A stretch of 52,009 nt of DNA, the filler included, from Sphacelaria rigidula (Eukaryota), in the NCBI GenBank assembly GCA_964200075.2. It is 4 parts of 4 records of this genome, joined end to end, with 100 filler letters (N's around TTAATTAATTAA, not from the genome) between each part and the next. Parts side by side here need not be neighbours in the genome. Positions count along the whole stretch, not along the records: positions 1 to 12,931 come from CAXNAA020003292.1; positions 13,032 to 25,958 come from CAXNAA020003293.1; 2 more parts are not named here. The stretch is one strand, 5' to 3'. Below are positions 1-13,302 of the stretch, piece after piece (position 1 is the first letter of the stretch; each line of letters opens with the position of its first letter). Below the pieces are notes generated by a model. It was given only the letters and a program-made list of their open reading frames with translations. It was not told the DNA's origin and did no database searches. A program made the translations under genes and the position numbers.

Positions 1-204
1 GTACCCCCCGGTTGCCCGCTTTTCAAAGGGATTCGTGGTCAATGGTTAAATGACTAAGCCAAGCAACAAAATATGCCCCCCCCCCCCCCGCGCGCGCGCC
101 CGGTACACGCGATGCTCCGTCTCGCAAGGGATGCATGATCAACGGCCAAACGACTAAGCCCACCCCCCCCCGGTACACGCCTTGGAATTTGGTATCGGGA
201 ATTG

Positions 205-470
205 AACAAGAACTCCCGCACCGCACCGCACCGCACCGCACCGCACCGCCTCGCGTCGACTCTCGTCAACAAAAACATCCTGGTGCAACTCACGATCTCA
301 TGCTCCCTGCCACGGAAATCAGATTCTCTTCCAGAGAAAAACCCACGTGCTGCTCACGATCTCACGCTTTATCCTAGAGAAATGAGGTACTCTGTCAGAG
401 AAATACCCAAATGCACGTGGCGAGAATCGAGCTCGCATTTTTTCAATCGATTAGTGCCCGCTGTTCCAGT
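205..470 (-). mobile_element. Degenerate family A SINE containing a (GCACC)6 microsatellite
   Basis: ACTCCCGCACC..., GCGTCGACTCTCGTC, GGAAATCAGA, AGAAAAACCCA and GAATCGAG occur in the same order as in the other copies. Confidence 0.6.
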
Positions 471-958
471 CGACCTCCCGGGCGGGGAGCTTCACAAGTG
501 AATACCAAGAAACACGTTCCAAATCGATGCAGTCCTATTAATCTGGTCGCTCTGGGCTTCGGTGCCTAGAGGCATATCGGCTACCGGGCTAGGGTTGTTG
601 AGGTTGGCCCTGGGGGTTGTAGAGAATTTGCTCACCAGACGTGAATGGGGGGACCAAGCGTTCCCTCGTTGACATTTGCATCCACCACTTTGTAGCCACT
701 GTCCTCCAGCTCGCGCTCCTGTTCCTTTGAAGTTGATACCTTTCTTGCAGGAATGTCCGTTGTACTCACGTTCAGTTCATCGTGTACATCTTTCAGGAGA
801 TAAATTTCCTCAATTTTGTTTTCGGCCTGTCTTTTCCCTCGTTCTCTTCGTGTCTCCTCAGAGTAAACTCGTGTTTCTCTGCCTTCTCAACAAAAATACT
901 CTGCCGCGAGCGAATGAGTCCTGAGAATGATGGCCGACACTACTCCAATATATCAACA

Positions 959-989
<31 letters not shown>

Positions 990-2042
990 TGTCGATCTCG
1001 AGTAAGTGGTACATGATCACCTGCACCTCACGGCCGCAGGGTTGATTAGCGCCCATCGTGATGAATCCATGGTTTTCGGATTTGTCTGCCACCTCGAACG
1101 TTTCAAAGCGATAATATCAACACGGTTGCCTAGGGAATGAGACACCCAGCCCTTTCCTCGGGAAATGAGTCATGGAAGAGGAAACTCACGAGTTCCACAG
1201 ACGGTGACACACTCTGAACGCTGGTGGTTAACATTACACGCCTTCGTCAGTTACATATCCAGGTATCCCGCGACTATCACAGCATCCCAATTTGTCCGTG
1301 TCCAAGACTGGTTGCGCCAGGAGAGCGAGTGCCTCATGCTCACGGCGAAACGAATGATACCGAAAAAAAACATACCTCACGCGCGATTAGAATAGTCCAC
1401 CTGAGCGCTTGATCAATATCATCGAAAGTGCCAAATTTCTTCTCGCCCAACCTCCATCAGCCACCATGGGCACGATCCGTAGCTACGAGTATATTCCGTA
1501 GTGCATCTATAAGCGACGAATATATTCCGACCTCGTTGATGCCCCTACTTTTATTCATGGTAATTGCGGCAGCCTGTGTGGAGGCCCCGATGCTAGCGAT
1601 GGCGGTCGCCGAAATCCGTGCGGAGCACGGACCTATCATAGTTGCTGACCACGGTGTTATAAATTTTCCGATATGAGCTGCCATGCCTTCCACTCCTCGC
1701 ATGCGTAAATGGGATACTGTTTTTTCGTGTTCGATTATCGTATTTCGTTCTGCAGGTGCGTGCCTCACCTCGATGTCGACGATAGCTGACCCAAGCCGCG
1801 CCGCGATGCTCGTCGCCTCCACCACCTCTTCCCCCTGTGGTCCCATGAACCCCTGCATGTCGCCAGACAGAATCGCGCACACCGGACATCCTTTGATTCA
1901 GCAATCACTCATGAGTCACCACCAAAGATATATCTGTGGTGGTGAATCCTTCGATGTACCACTTATATAAGACACAAGGACACCAGAATGCGGTTTGAAC
2001 TCAGAAACTCATACTCCGATTGAGGATGCCTTGTTGGAGTGG

Positions 2043-2172
2043 TTCTACGGTATAAGTGTATAATTTTTATCTGAGGCTCTGCACTTCAGAAGTTTCTCGA
2101 TGACAAACATCTGGGCCTTCGTGCGTAGCCTCAGAAAACGTTCGGACTACAAAGTGCACCCCTACCGTATAA
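2043..2172. mobile_element. ~130-bp MITE (inverted copy of 3721-3850)
   Basis: Termini TTCTACGGTA...TACCGTATAA. Core GATGACAAACATCTGGGCCTTCGTG is the reverse complement of the core in the 3721 copy. Confidence 0.75.
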
Positions 2173-3720
2173 TCACCCGTTGGTTCTGATGTATCTGTCA
2201 TATGCTTTTCATCATATATATGATGGAACCAAGCAGTTGATACTACAATCACATCAAGAACAGCCTGATACGCCACCCTAAAATCATACGCTATACTACA
2301 ATCAAGTAGGTTTTGAGTCCGCACTAAATTCTACCATCATTACCAAGTAGTCCTAGGATAGTAGAGACCAAGAACTGGAGAACTGGACACACTTCGAAGG
2401 CAACGATGGCTTTTACTGAAAACTCGGGAATGAGACAGATCTGTCCCCCTGGTCAACAAACGTCAACCTTGGGGGCTTTGGTCCTTTATAAACTTTACCG
2501 TCTTAAACAACATATGTTGTTATTGTTGTTGTTGTTGTCCTCACATTAAAGACCGTTCCGATATCTGCGCGGTACATTCGCACTGGACATCTGATGCGGA
2601 CGTCTTCCGTGGTCACAGGCTAGCTGCCGACAATGAGGTATGAGGAAATCAAATAAACCCAAAAAAAACATATGTGCTTAACATGAACTGAACTATACTA
2701 CTGTATATAATCCGCACAACTTGCCATGAAGTCGTCCACCGAGACCATGCCATCCCGGTCGAGGTCCATGAGGTCCAGTATTGTGTTTATCTCCACCTCG
2801 GCAAGGTCCTCCTGCCGGACCAGTGCGTGTTGAATGATTCGCGAGAGATACAGTCAATATGCCGCTGCCAAACACCGCCATCAGGTGATGTCAGCGATAA
2901 CGGAGACGAGGATGACGGAGAGCACCAAAAAAGGAGCAGCGCGAGATACAGGACCACCACCTCCAGCGACAGCAACAACAGTAGCAGCGGTAGCAGCAGC
3001 AATGTCAGCTCTACTACTATAGTCCCGGTTACAAATGGGACTTCATATATTTGCTATTCCCAAAAGACAATTCTGAGAGTGCCGTGGTCCGAAGGCAAGA
3101 AGATGATGATAAACAAGACGAGGAAACATGATGATCCCCTCGACAATGGTGATTATAAGGTAGGGTGTACTCATGATCATGCATGTCATAGTCATCAGAC
3201 CATTGACCTCTCATCCCTACAAAGCCGGGACGGAGCACGCCGGGTTTTCGCCGGACCAGGCTCGCACTCAATCACCAAGCGCGAAGCGCCGTGGTGTGTT
3301 CGGCGAGTCGCATGAAGGGTGAGCTGCTAAGATTGTTCGGCCCGAAGCCTACTGATTATCTTGTATTTGGATGACAGCCTCCAATGAGTTGCTATATTTT
3401 CTGGTATCACCACTACCAGGGACAGCCACGGGTTATACACTGCCTCACGGGTATCTCACCATGTAAACACTACGTGGTACGATCATCCCCCTTGTGCGGA
3501 GTTGAGGATATCCCACGCCGCAAAACATTATCTAGCTCGACTATCATCATGGTTACCGTAAAAAAACGCAAGCGCGCGAAACAAACGGTGACCTGGTTGC
3601 CTAGCTTACGCAGTGAGTGGCGTGTTTTATGTGTCATCGCCAACCGAAGCCAACCCGATCGGGGGTCCGCCCCTACAAACCGGGACGGAGCACGCCAGGT
3701 TCTCGCCGGGCCAGGCTGAA

Positions 3721-3850
3721 TTCTATGGTAGGGGCACACTTTTTAGTCCGAAACGTTTCTGAGGCCGCACACGAAGGCCCAGATGTTTGTCATCGCGAGG
3801 CTCCTAAAGGGCGGAGCCTCAGACAAGAAGTATGCCCCCCTACCGTAGAA
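3721..3850. mobile_element. ~130-bp MITE
   Basis: TIR TTCTATGGTAGGGG...CCCCTACCGTAGAA. Related ends (CACGGTAGGGGTGCAC) at ~15123 and ~28302. Confidence 0.8.
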
Positions 3851-4654
3851 CCATTCACGAACTATTCCTGTATTCATACACCTTTAGCCAATCATCCACG
3901 ACTTCGCACAGCATTCTGGCACTCGCGCCTTCCCCTCGATTAGGCTCCGCCAGTAAGTCGAAGAGCTCGCGTAACTGGTTATCCCTGATACATTCCAAGG
4001 TCAGCATTCCACACGCCAAAGTTAACTGGTGGTAAAATATTGCATAACCAGATGTAAGGTGTGGAGGTTTGTTCTATACGATACTCTATGCAGTCACCGC
4101 ACAGGGAGAAACTACCGAATGCACCGGCTGAAGACACTTCCATAATAAGGAGCCACCAAATCTCGGACGACATCGCGGCGACACGAGAACTATTAGCCTG
4201 CACGCTTTTGTTTTCCCAATGGAGACGTACACTCACGAAGGATAGTTTTTTTTCAACTCCAACTTTCTCGAAAATGACCACTGCCACCCCCCGCCAAAAC
4301 CCGTGTCGTCGGGAACCTGGGAAGATCTCCTCGAGGTTTCTCGACGATCGGAATTTCTCGTCTCGTGGGAGTGCGGGGTGACTCGGGAAAGCAAAGTTCC
4401 AAAGTATTTGTCACCCCGCGGTCGTCGTGTTCGAGATGGCGTTGCCCTGTGACACAGTATCTCCCTTCCACGCATGAACAAAGCATTCAACACTTGTCGA
4501 TCCCGTTCCCAGTAATCAGTTCCGGAAAGTAAACGATGGTGCTCTTTCACCGCGCACAAAATTGTGGGTCAGCCAAAAGAAGACACGCAGGAAACAGTCA
4601 CGTCCGGTGAATGCATACCCAGCTGTCCCTCATTTGTTGTTTATGTCGCACTTT

Positions 4655-4940
4655 TGAACTCCTCCCCTTCCTCGGGACGAGTCCGCGGTCTCAAGGGATC
4701 ATCCCATCTCTCCTCCGGCACACGCCTTACATTTTGGTCTCGTGGATTGGGTCAGCACTCCCGCACCGCGTAAACTCACGTCAAACAAACGCAGTCGACT
4801 ACTTTGTTCACCCACATTCTTACGCTTTCCACGATGAAAATCAGATACTGCGAAGAAAAAACCCAACGCATCCGGAATCGAACCCTCGTTCTCTCCACCT
4901 TAATGGCGACAGTCGGACCATTTCACCACCGGGGCGCGGC
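4655..4940 (-). mobile_element. tRNA-headed SINE, family A
   Basis: Minus-strand head with A-box-like TGGTGAAATGG and B-box GGTTCGATTCC. Its 3' end (plus strand TTGAACTCCTCCCCTTCCTCGGGACGAGTCC...CAAGGGATCA) is shared with copies at 5782 and 19093. Confidence 0.8.
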
Positions 4941-5781
4941 GACGCTACATGTACCGTGTTTAGCTGGCATGTTTCAGGCACTTTCAAACGGGTTATCCAA
5001 CTGTTGTCATTACTATACTGCAAACGTTTTTGCAAACTTGGACGATTTTTCGTGTTTCATGAGATTTTAGACAAACGATGGAGTAAATTAATTGCATGGT
5101 CGAAAGTGTTGAAACATCTAATCAAAGACTCGAAAGTACGCAATCAGTCACGAGTTGTCTCGTCGACCTTTCTGACATCTCAGCTCAAAGCAAGCTCCGC
5201 TGATTTCCGACCTGGAGCGTAAAGTAGGAAATGCATTTCGTCATCCCTCAGAATCTTCGTTAAACGTTTTTTGAGTGTTCATGGAAATATTGCCTGGAAC
5301 ACGTTGCAACTGCCGAAATGGTGCTTGTTCTAATACGTTTAACCTTGTCAACAAACATCATGCACTAGGTGACAGTAAAGTCGGGCATCGTCGGGAAGCT
5401 TAGGACTTCACCTCAACATCGATACATGCCACGCCTTATGTACATCAGTGGCCATCGCAACGCAAATGGGCAACCATGTATATTTTTATATGTGCGTGAA
5501 GAGGGGTCAACAATCGTCGGAGAGACGTAAGAAACAGCTGTGCCACTGAGCTGTGTTCCCTCGTCCAGCCTTTTCTCTTCTCCCTTCTCTCCGCAACTCC
5601 TTCTGCCGTGGAGCGTCCGACGGCGTTTTGTCACGATGAGCTGGCGAGAAACCTCAGCAGCGCGACTGAGACGTTTTTGCCGGTCAAATGTCTTATCGCT
5701 GCCGACTTTATTGTGCCTTTTGAACCTACGAGTACACCACACATATCTTGCGAGGTATTTCCCCCCTCTGCGTCTCACCAT

Positions 5782-6066
5782 CAACCTTTCCCATTCCTCG
5801 GGACGAGTCCGTGGGCTTAAGGGATCAACCATTACATCTCTCCTACATAATAACACGCCTCACATATTGATATCGCGGAATGGATAAGCACTCCCGCTCA
5901 GCGTCGACTCTCGTCGAATAAACTTTCCATGCTACTCATGCCCTCATGTTTCCCACAACGGCAATCAGATGCTTCACAGGAAATAACACAAATGGACCTC
6001 GTAGGAATCGAACATGCATTCTTCCGACCTAATGGCTTCAGTTACACCAGATAGATCGCCGGAGCG
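5782..6066 (-). mobile_element. tRNA-headed SINE, family A
   Basis: TTCCTCGGGACGAGTCCGTGG..AAGGGATCA, body GCGTCGACTCTCGTC, B-box complement GGAATCGAAC at ~6004. Confidence 0.75.
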
Positions 6067-6262
6067 CTGCGGCTGACTAAACATACACATTGTACAAGTA
6101 TATATATATATATATATATATACATTCCAACTTTTGTCCCGGGGTAAGGCTTTGCACCGACGAAACATGTTAAACGTAGTTTACGTCCCCCTCCTGCCCC
6201 CACCCATCTCCCCCTCGTACCGTCTACAGGGTCATGATGAGTATGCCACTCCCTTGCCTCAC

Positions 6263-6372
6263 CTCTTCCCGAAACTTTTGCGGAGCTTATCCCGAAGCTT
6301 TCTTGCGGTATCCCTCCGCTCCTCTTCGTTCATCAGTACGCCTTCGAGGAACGCATCCGCGGAAATCGCCCC
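6263..6372 (-). CDS. Candidate exon of an unidentified gene or pseudogene
   Basis: ATACAG| acceptor and AAGAG|GTGAGG donor. Encodes GAISADAFLEGVLMNEEERRDTARKLRDKLRKSFGK; no compatible neighbouring exon found. Confidence 0.35.
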
Positions 6373-7125
6373 CTGTATCATGCAAAGAGGGCAAGCACGC
6401 CGGGGTGGACTACAGTACAGTCCCGAAGTTTTTTTCTTTCCCAGGAACGCTGTTGGTTCCACTCCCGCTACTGGATGCGTGGATCACCTCGCGGCACCAC
6501 GTGGCTCCTGAGACTCAACTTTAAGGACGGCATGGCGTGAGTGCTACAGCGTTTCCCCGAGGTGATGAGCAAAAACGTTTAGCTTGATCCCCCCACCGGC
6601 GTTGAACGATTTTTGGGTCCACCTATATATTCTAGAGTTTCCTTATTTCTCTCGCAGCGCACTTACCTGCTCTGTTTTACTTGTCTACCCATCAGCCTTT
6701 GTCGCTGACGGAGAGTTTTGGTAGAGAACTAGACGAGCGAAACAAGGAATTAAGCTCGCTGTAGGAGAACATTTCGGCTCTTGGACACAATTTCAAGCAC
6801 ATGCCCCAATCCTTAAGCCTTTTATGCCATGCGTTTATCTTGAGAAATTTCCATGCTATGGAATCGCTTGAATGTCGAACCTCAAATCGCATCCCCAAAC
6901 GTCGGCCAAGCTATTGTCATGTTCCGTTACTTTGAGCGCATTTTAGGCACTCTTTGATGCGGCTTGCCGATTGAGGCGGGGCGCTCTTCGAACAATGAGC
7001 ATTATTTGACAAAATATAGACTTCGCTTAGAAAGTGGAACCTACTACCCAGGCGTGTGTAGCAGTTCCGAATATATATATATATCACAACAGAAACAACC
7101 ATACTACTTGTCAGCAATGTTTACC

Positions 7126-7652
7126 CACGTCGGACGACTCAACTCAGGGAATCTCGGCTTTCCTCTTTTCCCCACGACTCACCTGTGAGGTTTAGCAACA
7201 TAGCTCAACGGTGCAGATACTGGTCGGGTGAGTCATTCAATATAACTTAGATATGTACATTCTGGCCAAGTGCGTTGTAGAACGTAACTCAGCGGTGCAT
7301 ATTCTGTCCGGATGAGTCATAGAACATAACTCATCGGCGCATATCTTGGTCAGGTGAGCTACACCGCATACCTTATCGATGCATCTTGGTCGGGTGAATT
7401 ATAGAACATAACTCAGCGGTGCACATTCTGATCAGGTAAGCTATAGAACATAACCCAGCGTGGTGCATGTTTTGACCGAGTGAGTCATAGAACATGACTC
7501 AGCGTTGCATATTCTGGCCGGGTGAGTTATACAACGTGACTCAGCGGTGCATATTCTGGCTGGGTGAGTCATAGACCATGACTCGGTGGTACACAATCTT
7601 GGCGGGTGAGCTACAGAACATAACTAAGGCAACTCATGAGTTATCCGACGTG
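7126..7652. mobile_element. Non-autonomous TIR element filled with ~11 tandem 42-bp palindromic units
   Basis: TIR CACGTCGGACGACTCA (7126) versus TGAGTTATCCGACGTG (ends 7652), 14/16 match. Unit consensus TGGTCGGGTGAGTCATAGAACATAACTCAGCGGTGCATATTC over ~7185-7630. Confidence 0.75.
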
Positions 7653-10600
7653 TGAAAGTTTATACTTCGGATGCTTACAATGAACAATACGGTTTATTCT
7701 GATTTATGATGTCGGCACGTGAGTTAATACATTGATATGCCATGTTGAATATCGTATCGGGACACTTTCCGTGGTTTACCAGCAGGTAATTCTTGTCGTG
7801 ATTTCGGGTTTTTGAGTGAGAGATATGGATATATCACGATATCAAATATCCAAGAAGGTTATTCCTTATGCTCTATATTCCCAAGTTTGGCCCATAATAT
7901 CGGTGCACCTGCGCAATGCGTCGATGCTTAACACGTGCTGAACTATTCTCAACGCATCTCTAGTTTCTGCGTACATGAATGGCGTAGCGACAAGTCTCTG
8001 ATGAATCGAGGGATCTTCAAAGAAGGCGCCAGATGTAAACTGGCCGATGACACTTGGACTTTAGTTCATAAATGCGTCAACCGTGCAGTTGAACGACGGC
8101 CGTTGGGTTCGGCGAATCGTTTCTTTGGCATCAACACTTGACAAGCCAACAAGCCCTCCGAACCGTGCGAAATGTCGGCTTGCATAGTGGCGTCAGCACA
8201 CCGCGAGCGCCTCATTTTCCAAAAGAATACTTACGATCAGCGTGCCATAATCCTTGAAAGCGTGCTTCTGCAAACTACAGGCCTTTCACCCGAATTGGAG
8301 TGTCCCGAGTGTTTTTCCGCCTTCGCATGTGTATCATGTATTTTATTTAGATCATATATTTGCGTGATGTGGGCAATCAATACCAGCGATCGACCTCCCA
8401 CGAGCCATCTGCTTCGTGAAGAACGTTTGGACATTAAGGGGTCAACGGCTTTTTCAATATTAACATAGTCGTGTTCTCACCGGAGCACCGGAGACCTCTT
8501 CGAACCAGCCAAACGCCACGTCCACCTCCGCTGACGTCATCCCATCATCTCCCCGTAGCTCCGCGATCACCTTTTCGAATCGAATGGCGTGATGAAATCA
8601 ATATACCCACAGAGCATTCTGATGTGTTGACCTGATATTTCACAAATCTTTGCCGGGTGTCCGATGTCTTCGTCAGGTGTCTGATTCCTTTGCCAGGTGT
8701 TTGATACAATTTTAAGTCAGGCAAAAGCTGAGGAATGATATCCGATGCCCACCACATACAGCAACGAAGCCACTAGACTGTCGCACAGCGCTCCTCCAAA
8801 TGCCACGGCAATACGACTGCAATGCGCGCTGGTTCCGTTGATCCAACAGGGACCGCATGGTGTGGGTCGTATTTTTATACACCCTGATACGATCATACTT
8901 GCACCACAATAACCAGTGAATGGTGATAGAGTATTGCTATTACAGGGCAGATCGAATCCGTTCGCGCAGGTTGCAAAAGATACTGCCTGCGAATCATTAT
9001 GGGCACAAACCCATTCTTACCAGGTCCCTACTTATAAACATTACGCCTTGGATGACCATCGCACATTGACTGATCCGCTACGGATATAGGGGTGGTCACA
9101 AGATAGAGGTACCCGAGGTAACTGAACGGAAACGCTCGCTGGGGGAAACTCAAGAGAGACGGGAAGTGCAAAGGAAACCAAAAGAAAGTACACGGAGTAG
9201 AATGATGTAGAAAAAGAAAGGAATAGGAGACGCCAGGCTAAGAAATGGTACAGCAAAAAATAGGCCGCACAGATGGTAGGGCCGTGGAAGTAGGCTGCGA
9301 CTCAGCTATTTCGAGGCTGCACTATCATGGATGGAACCCCGGACTGCCGACTTCTACCTCTGTAGGAAGGGAACACAAACACTGATAAAGCTCGGAACAG
9401 AAGAAGAAAGGGAGAAGGGGGGGGGGAGAAGAACAAGATTATAAGAAGGGAGGATAGAGAGAAGAAATCCCGAAAGAAAGCAGAATAGGAACAGAACCAG
9501 GAAACGCCGCTAAACTAACAAGCTGAAGGAAAATGGCGCCTTGTTACAACCGATAGGATAAAATAGGGGTATCAATTTCCGTCTTACTCCTGCCCTCCTC
9601 ATATCAGTCAGATGTAAGATGAGTGGCCCTGAGCCATTCACATCTTGGATTCCTCGTGGTTTGTTGTTGTTGTTCTTGTGCCAGTGATGACGGCTCTCCT
9701 CGGTTCGGGTCTCTACGACGGAAGAATCAATCTCTACATGGTACATCAGCATGCCGTGTGTGCGTTCAAGACTCTCACAAGTGACAGCGTGCACGGCTCG
9801 GAGCTGAGTGAGAGCAACAGGCAGACCGAAAACTAGCGGTTGCTGTCGACTTGTTCCTGCTACACTGCACATGCAGTGGTTCAAAGCTACATAGGGAAAA
9901 TCGATGAGCAGTATGCATGGTCAGAGAGCGTTCACAACCGATGCGAGATCACCTGTATTTCGAACGTGTTGTCTCCATTTTGGGCTGCAAAACATCTTTT
10001 CGACTACACCTGCCTGTGTTATATATCGACTTTCGGTGAACATCAGAGAAACGCGGTGAATTTGGGCTGACGGCGTGACACAGTCGTAGGGGTGACGGGC
10101 AGGTGCAATTAATGTGGGAAACATTTGAGAAAGTCACATGAACAGCGCCGAAGGTTTAGAGACAGTATTGGCACAACAAAAACACCCGCATCCATCGACT
10201 GAAAAACCTACGATGAAGTAGGAAGCCTAGTGATGTACCTCTTGTACAACAGACCTGGCCAAAGTTTCGCTTGGGAAGGACCCCTCCCTCGGCGTACTTG
10301 TCGTACAGCTGCACCACGTATTCCTCCACTCCCAGAAAACTTGGTGGCGGTGCATTATAGTGGAAAGCATCGGGTAGTGAGAAGATGACGTTAATACCAC
10401 AGCGGGTTTTCCCGCACAGGGTACCTCAACGTGAAAAGACATTGAACTTCTTTTGGATGTTGACCCCAGCTACACTCGACATTTTGGAACCAATTTGCGA
10501 CTTGCCACTACGGTATAATATCGCCTGGCCGCCCCGATTGTGCTAGGACCACATGTCCGGTATCAACAACTCACGTCGCAACGGAATACTTGGTGCACGC

Positions 10601-12301
10601 AGCAAGGAGTAGATTTTACTAAATGGGCATCGGTTTGTTTTTGAGGATATGTTATGGTATTTGAAGGGATTAGCGTCGATAAGGTACAGCAACGTTTTGG
10701 ACATATATCTCGGAGTAAATCAACGTTTGGATATGAATCTTGATTTGCCGTCGAGAGATGTCAGCTTGTTGGAAGACCCAATTTGATGTTCTGGATAGCC
10801 GATATGAGATGCAAGTTGCATGGTTGATTTTCTTGCCTGTTGCACATTGAATGTTCATGTGCACAACAAGTAGCGTTCTCGGAACGTTCCTTGGACTGAA
10901 GGGATGATACGATAAAGGTAGTATTCGCCGCTTCGGACGAACTGTTGGCCAGCAACGTCCCGAGTACCTACCGTTGGCTTTTTATTGTGCTATGACTATG
11001 TGTGGATGTAATTCTGGCGTAGGATAATGGGTACGGTGGTACGCGCGGCCAAAGCCCTCCGAGCTCACTCTACCTCGGGCCCAGGAGATCGTCAGCTTTT
11101 ACCACCGTTGCTCTGAGTTCTAAGTGAGCCCTTACCAGTGAGCTTTGTAGTCGGGGGGAAACTATTCGCTCTGGCTCGTATTGTAAACTACAAGGAGATA
11201 ATTTATTTCTGTGAACATCTTGATTGGAACTGCTACTACTGTGGTTCGGATCGTATTTATTTGTTACTGCGCAGCTGTGCATTGCAATCTGGCACACACG
11301 GCTTTAGTCTCTGTTCGTGAGAACATATCAGGGCAAAGGTGTACTGAGGCTGCCTTCTCGGAGGCGACTAGGCCAAAGTACATAATAGATAAGCCTTGGG
11401 AATCTTCGTAAGCATAGGAATATTTTCGGAAGAAATATCAAATCTACTCCTCGGCCGTGATGTGTGGCCTCGCTCGACCTCTAAAACATTCCATCCGCAA
11501 TGAATGTGTAAGATCTCGCGTTAACAGAGGGTTCTGATGAATCTGAACGAGAGTTTTGCACAGAAACCGACGGAGGTCGGAATTTGTCGGCATATACACG
11601 GATTTTTACTAAGTGCGGGCGGATGTCTTAAGATGAGCGAGACCACACGAAATAGCTGGAGGGTGTATTTGCACTTTTCAACAATATTCGGTGCTTGTGG
11701 AAGTTCTTCAGTCGGATCCTCAAAACAAATCCATCCGCAGTTTGTGTAATCCTGTGTTTGCACCTTACGCAATAATGTTCGAAATTTATTTTCACTGTAC
11801 GATGAAATACATGTCACCGGCCGCAAGTCAGGTGCTGTTGGAGGTACGAGCGCACTTTTCCTCTCGACAATCGTTGGAACTATGACATCTTAAAACAACA
11901 CCCCAAACTCGACAAGAAAGCACATCGTACATTTTCATGTGCCTTTGTCTCGGGAGCTCTAGATATGTAACAACAGAGGGATGATGCATACACCGGCGGC
12001 TCGAAGTGTACTTTGAGGTGCATACGCAACGCTCTTCGCATCAGGCGGGTTGTCAGCGTGTACACCCCGAAACAGGACATTGCCCTGAGCTTGTCTATGT
12101 GTCAGACTGATACCCTCAAGCGTATTTTATAACCTCCATGATACAAGATATGTGAGTGTGTCTGCAATGTGTTCGGACGTTTTGGTACAGTTGGTTGAGA
12201 AGTGTTTAGCACTGTGTGCACGCTACTACCTTTGCCGAAACGTGAACGCTATGATACAATATGCGCCTCAATACACTTCCCAAGGCACTCATGACCACCG
12301 A

Positions 12302-12815
12302 GTCTTTCTACGGTAGCCCCCTCCCCCCCTCAGAACAAAGTGGCTGGTTCGATTGATTAATTGATTTTGATTGATTGATTGTCGCACTTTACCTGTTCCC
12401 CCAGGGATCCAGCCGTGGGCATATGATAGACGTACCCAAGACAAAACAAACTGAAACTGAAACACTCGCTGAAAATAAGGGCGAGTTTTTGCTGTTCCGA
12501 CTCTTCTTTGGCACGTCTATCACGGTACTTGCCTTGCTTGTTGGTTTGGGAAGGCAAAATCTACGGTCAATCAAATGAAAAATGCCGAGCACAACGAGAA
12601 GCTGGGCATTCCTTGTTCAGGAAGCGAACAGTTTACCCATTGAACCAGTGAGCGCTTACTGGTTCAATGCGTAAACGCTTGAGCTCGTTATCGCCAATGT
12701 CGCCCATATAAGGCGCTTCATCCAGCCTCAAACCAAACATCAGGCGCTGTGTGGCCATTTTCTTCGTGACGGTTTTGGGCTGGTTGTGGGGGGGGCGGGC
12801 CATCGTAGGAAGACC
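12302..12815. mobile_element. MITE of the same family as 45297-45531, with nested insertions
   Basis: Termini GTCTTTCTACGGTAGCCCCC ... GGGC..CATCGTAGGAAGAC. Contains a (GATT)n-tailed fragment and a 46-bp palindrome. Confidence 0.6.
12351..12420 (-). repeat. (AATC)n-tailed retroposon 3' end (second copy at 17862-17917)
   Basis: GATTGATTGTCGCACTTTA.CTG..CCC.CAGG.ATCCAGCCGTGG occurs at both loci. Confidence 0.65.
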
Positions 12816-12931
12816 TCACCATGCATGTGAAATCGTCAAAGCGCAGGAAGGACCCCTGCCCAATCAAGACTTGAAATGTTGCGAGGATGGATGTATATCC
12901 GACTCATCCTACGATAGGGGGGGGGGGTATT

Positions 12932-13031
12932 NNNNNNNNNNNNNNNNNNNNNNNNNNNNNNNNNNNNNNNNNNNNTTAATTAATTAANNNNNNNNNNNNN
13001 NNNNNNNNNNNNNNNNNNNNNNNNNNNNNNN
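12932..13031. other. Artificial contig spacer N44-TTAATTAATTAA-N44
   Basis: Six-frame stop linker inside Ns. Confidence 0.97.
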
Positions 13032-13302
13032 AGGTGAGTGTTGGGTTGGGTTTCCTCCTTCCATCAAGGAAAAAAAAAATAACAGGTTTTTGTTACCACG
13101 AGATCCCCTACTCATCCCCAGCCGGGTACAATTCCATTCTAGACGCGTAGCGAGCAATTGCTGTCACCGATGGCGGCTCTCCTGGTCGCGGCTCTCAAAG
13201 CAACAGCCTCTAACTTGTAACGTAGGTCGGATTTACGGAGGTCTTCGCATCGCCGTGTCTCCTGGCATGTGGATCCAGGCGGCGTGTTTTCCCTGCCCGC
13301 AG

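Noticed and set aside
1457-3315. ORFs 1457-1882 (-) and 2827-3315 (+)
   Set aside because: No recognisable domain; the second is low-complexity (CAG/CAA-rich) and overlaps repeats.
7185-7630. CRISPR array
   Set aside because: Palindromic units are head-to-tail with no unique spacers, no cas genes are present, the context is eukaryotic, and the array is bounded by TIRs.
10200-10390. Copia RT-like peptide YDEVGSLVMYLLYNRP on the plus strand
   Set aside because: Short motif with imperfect spacing and no supporting flanking motifs.
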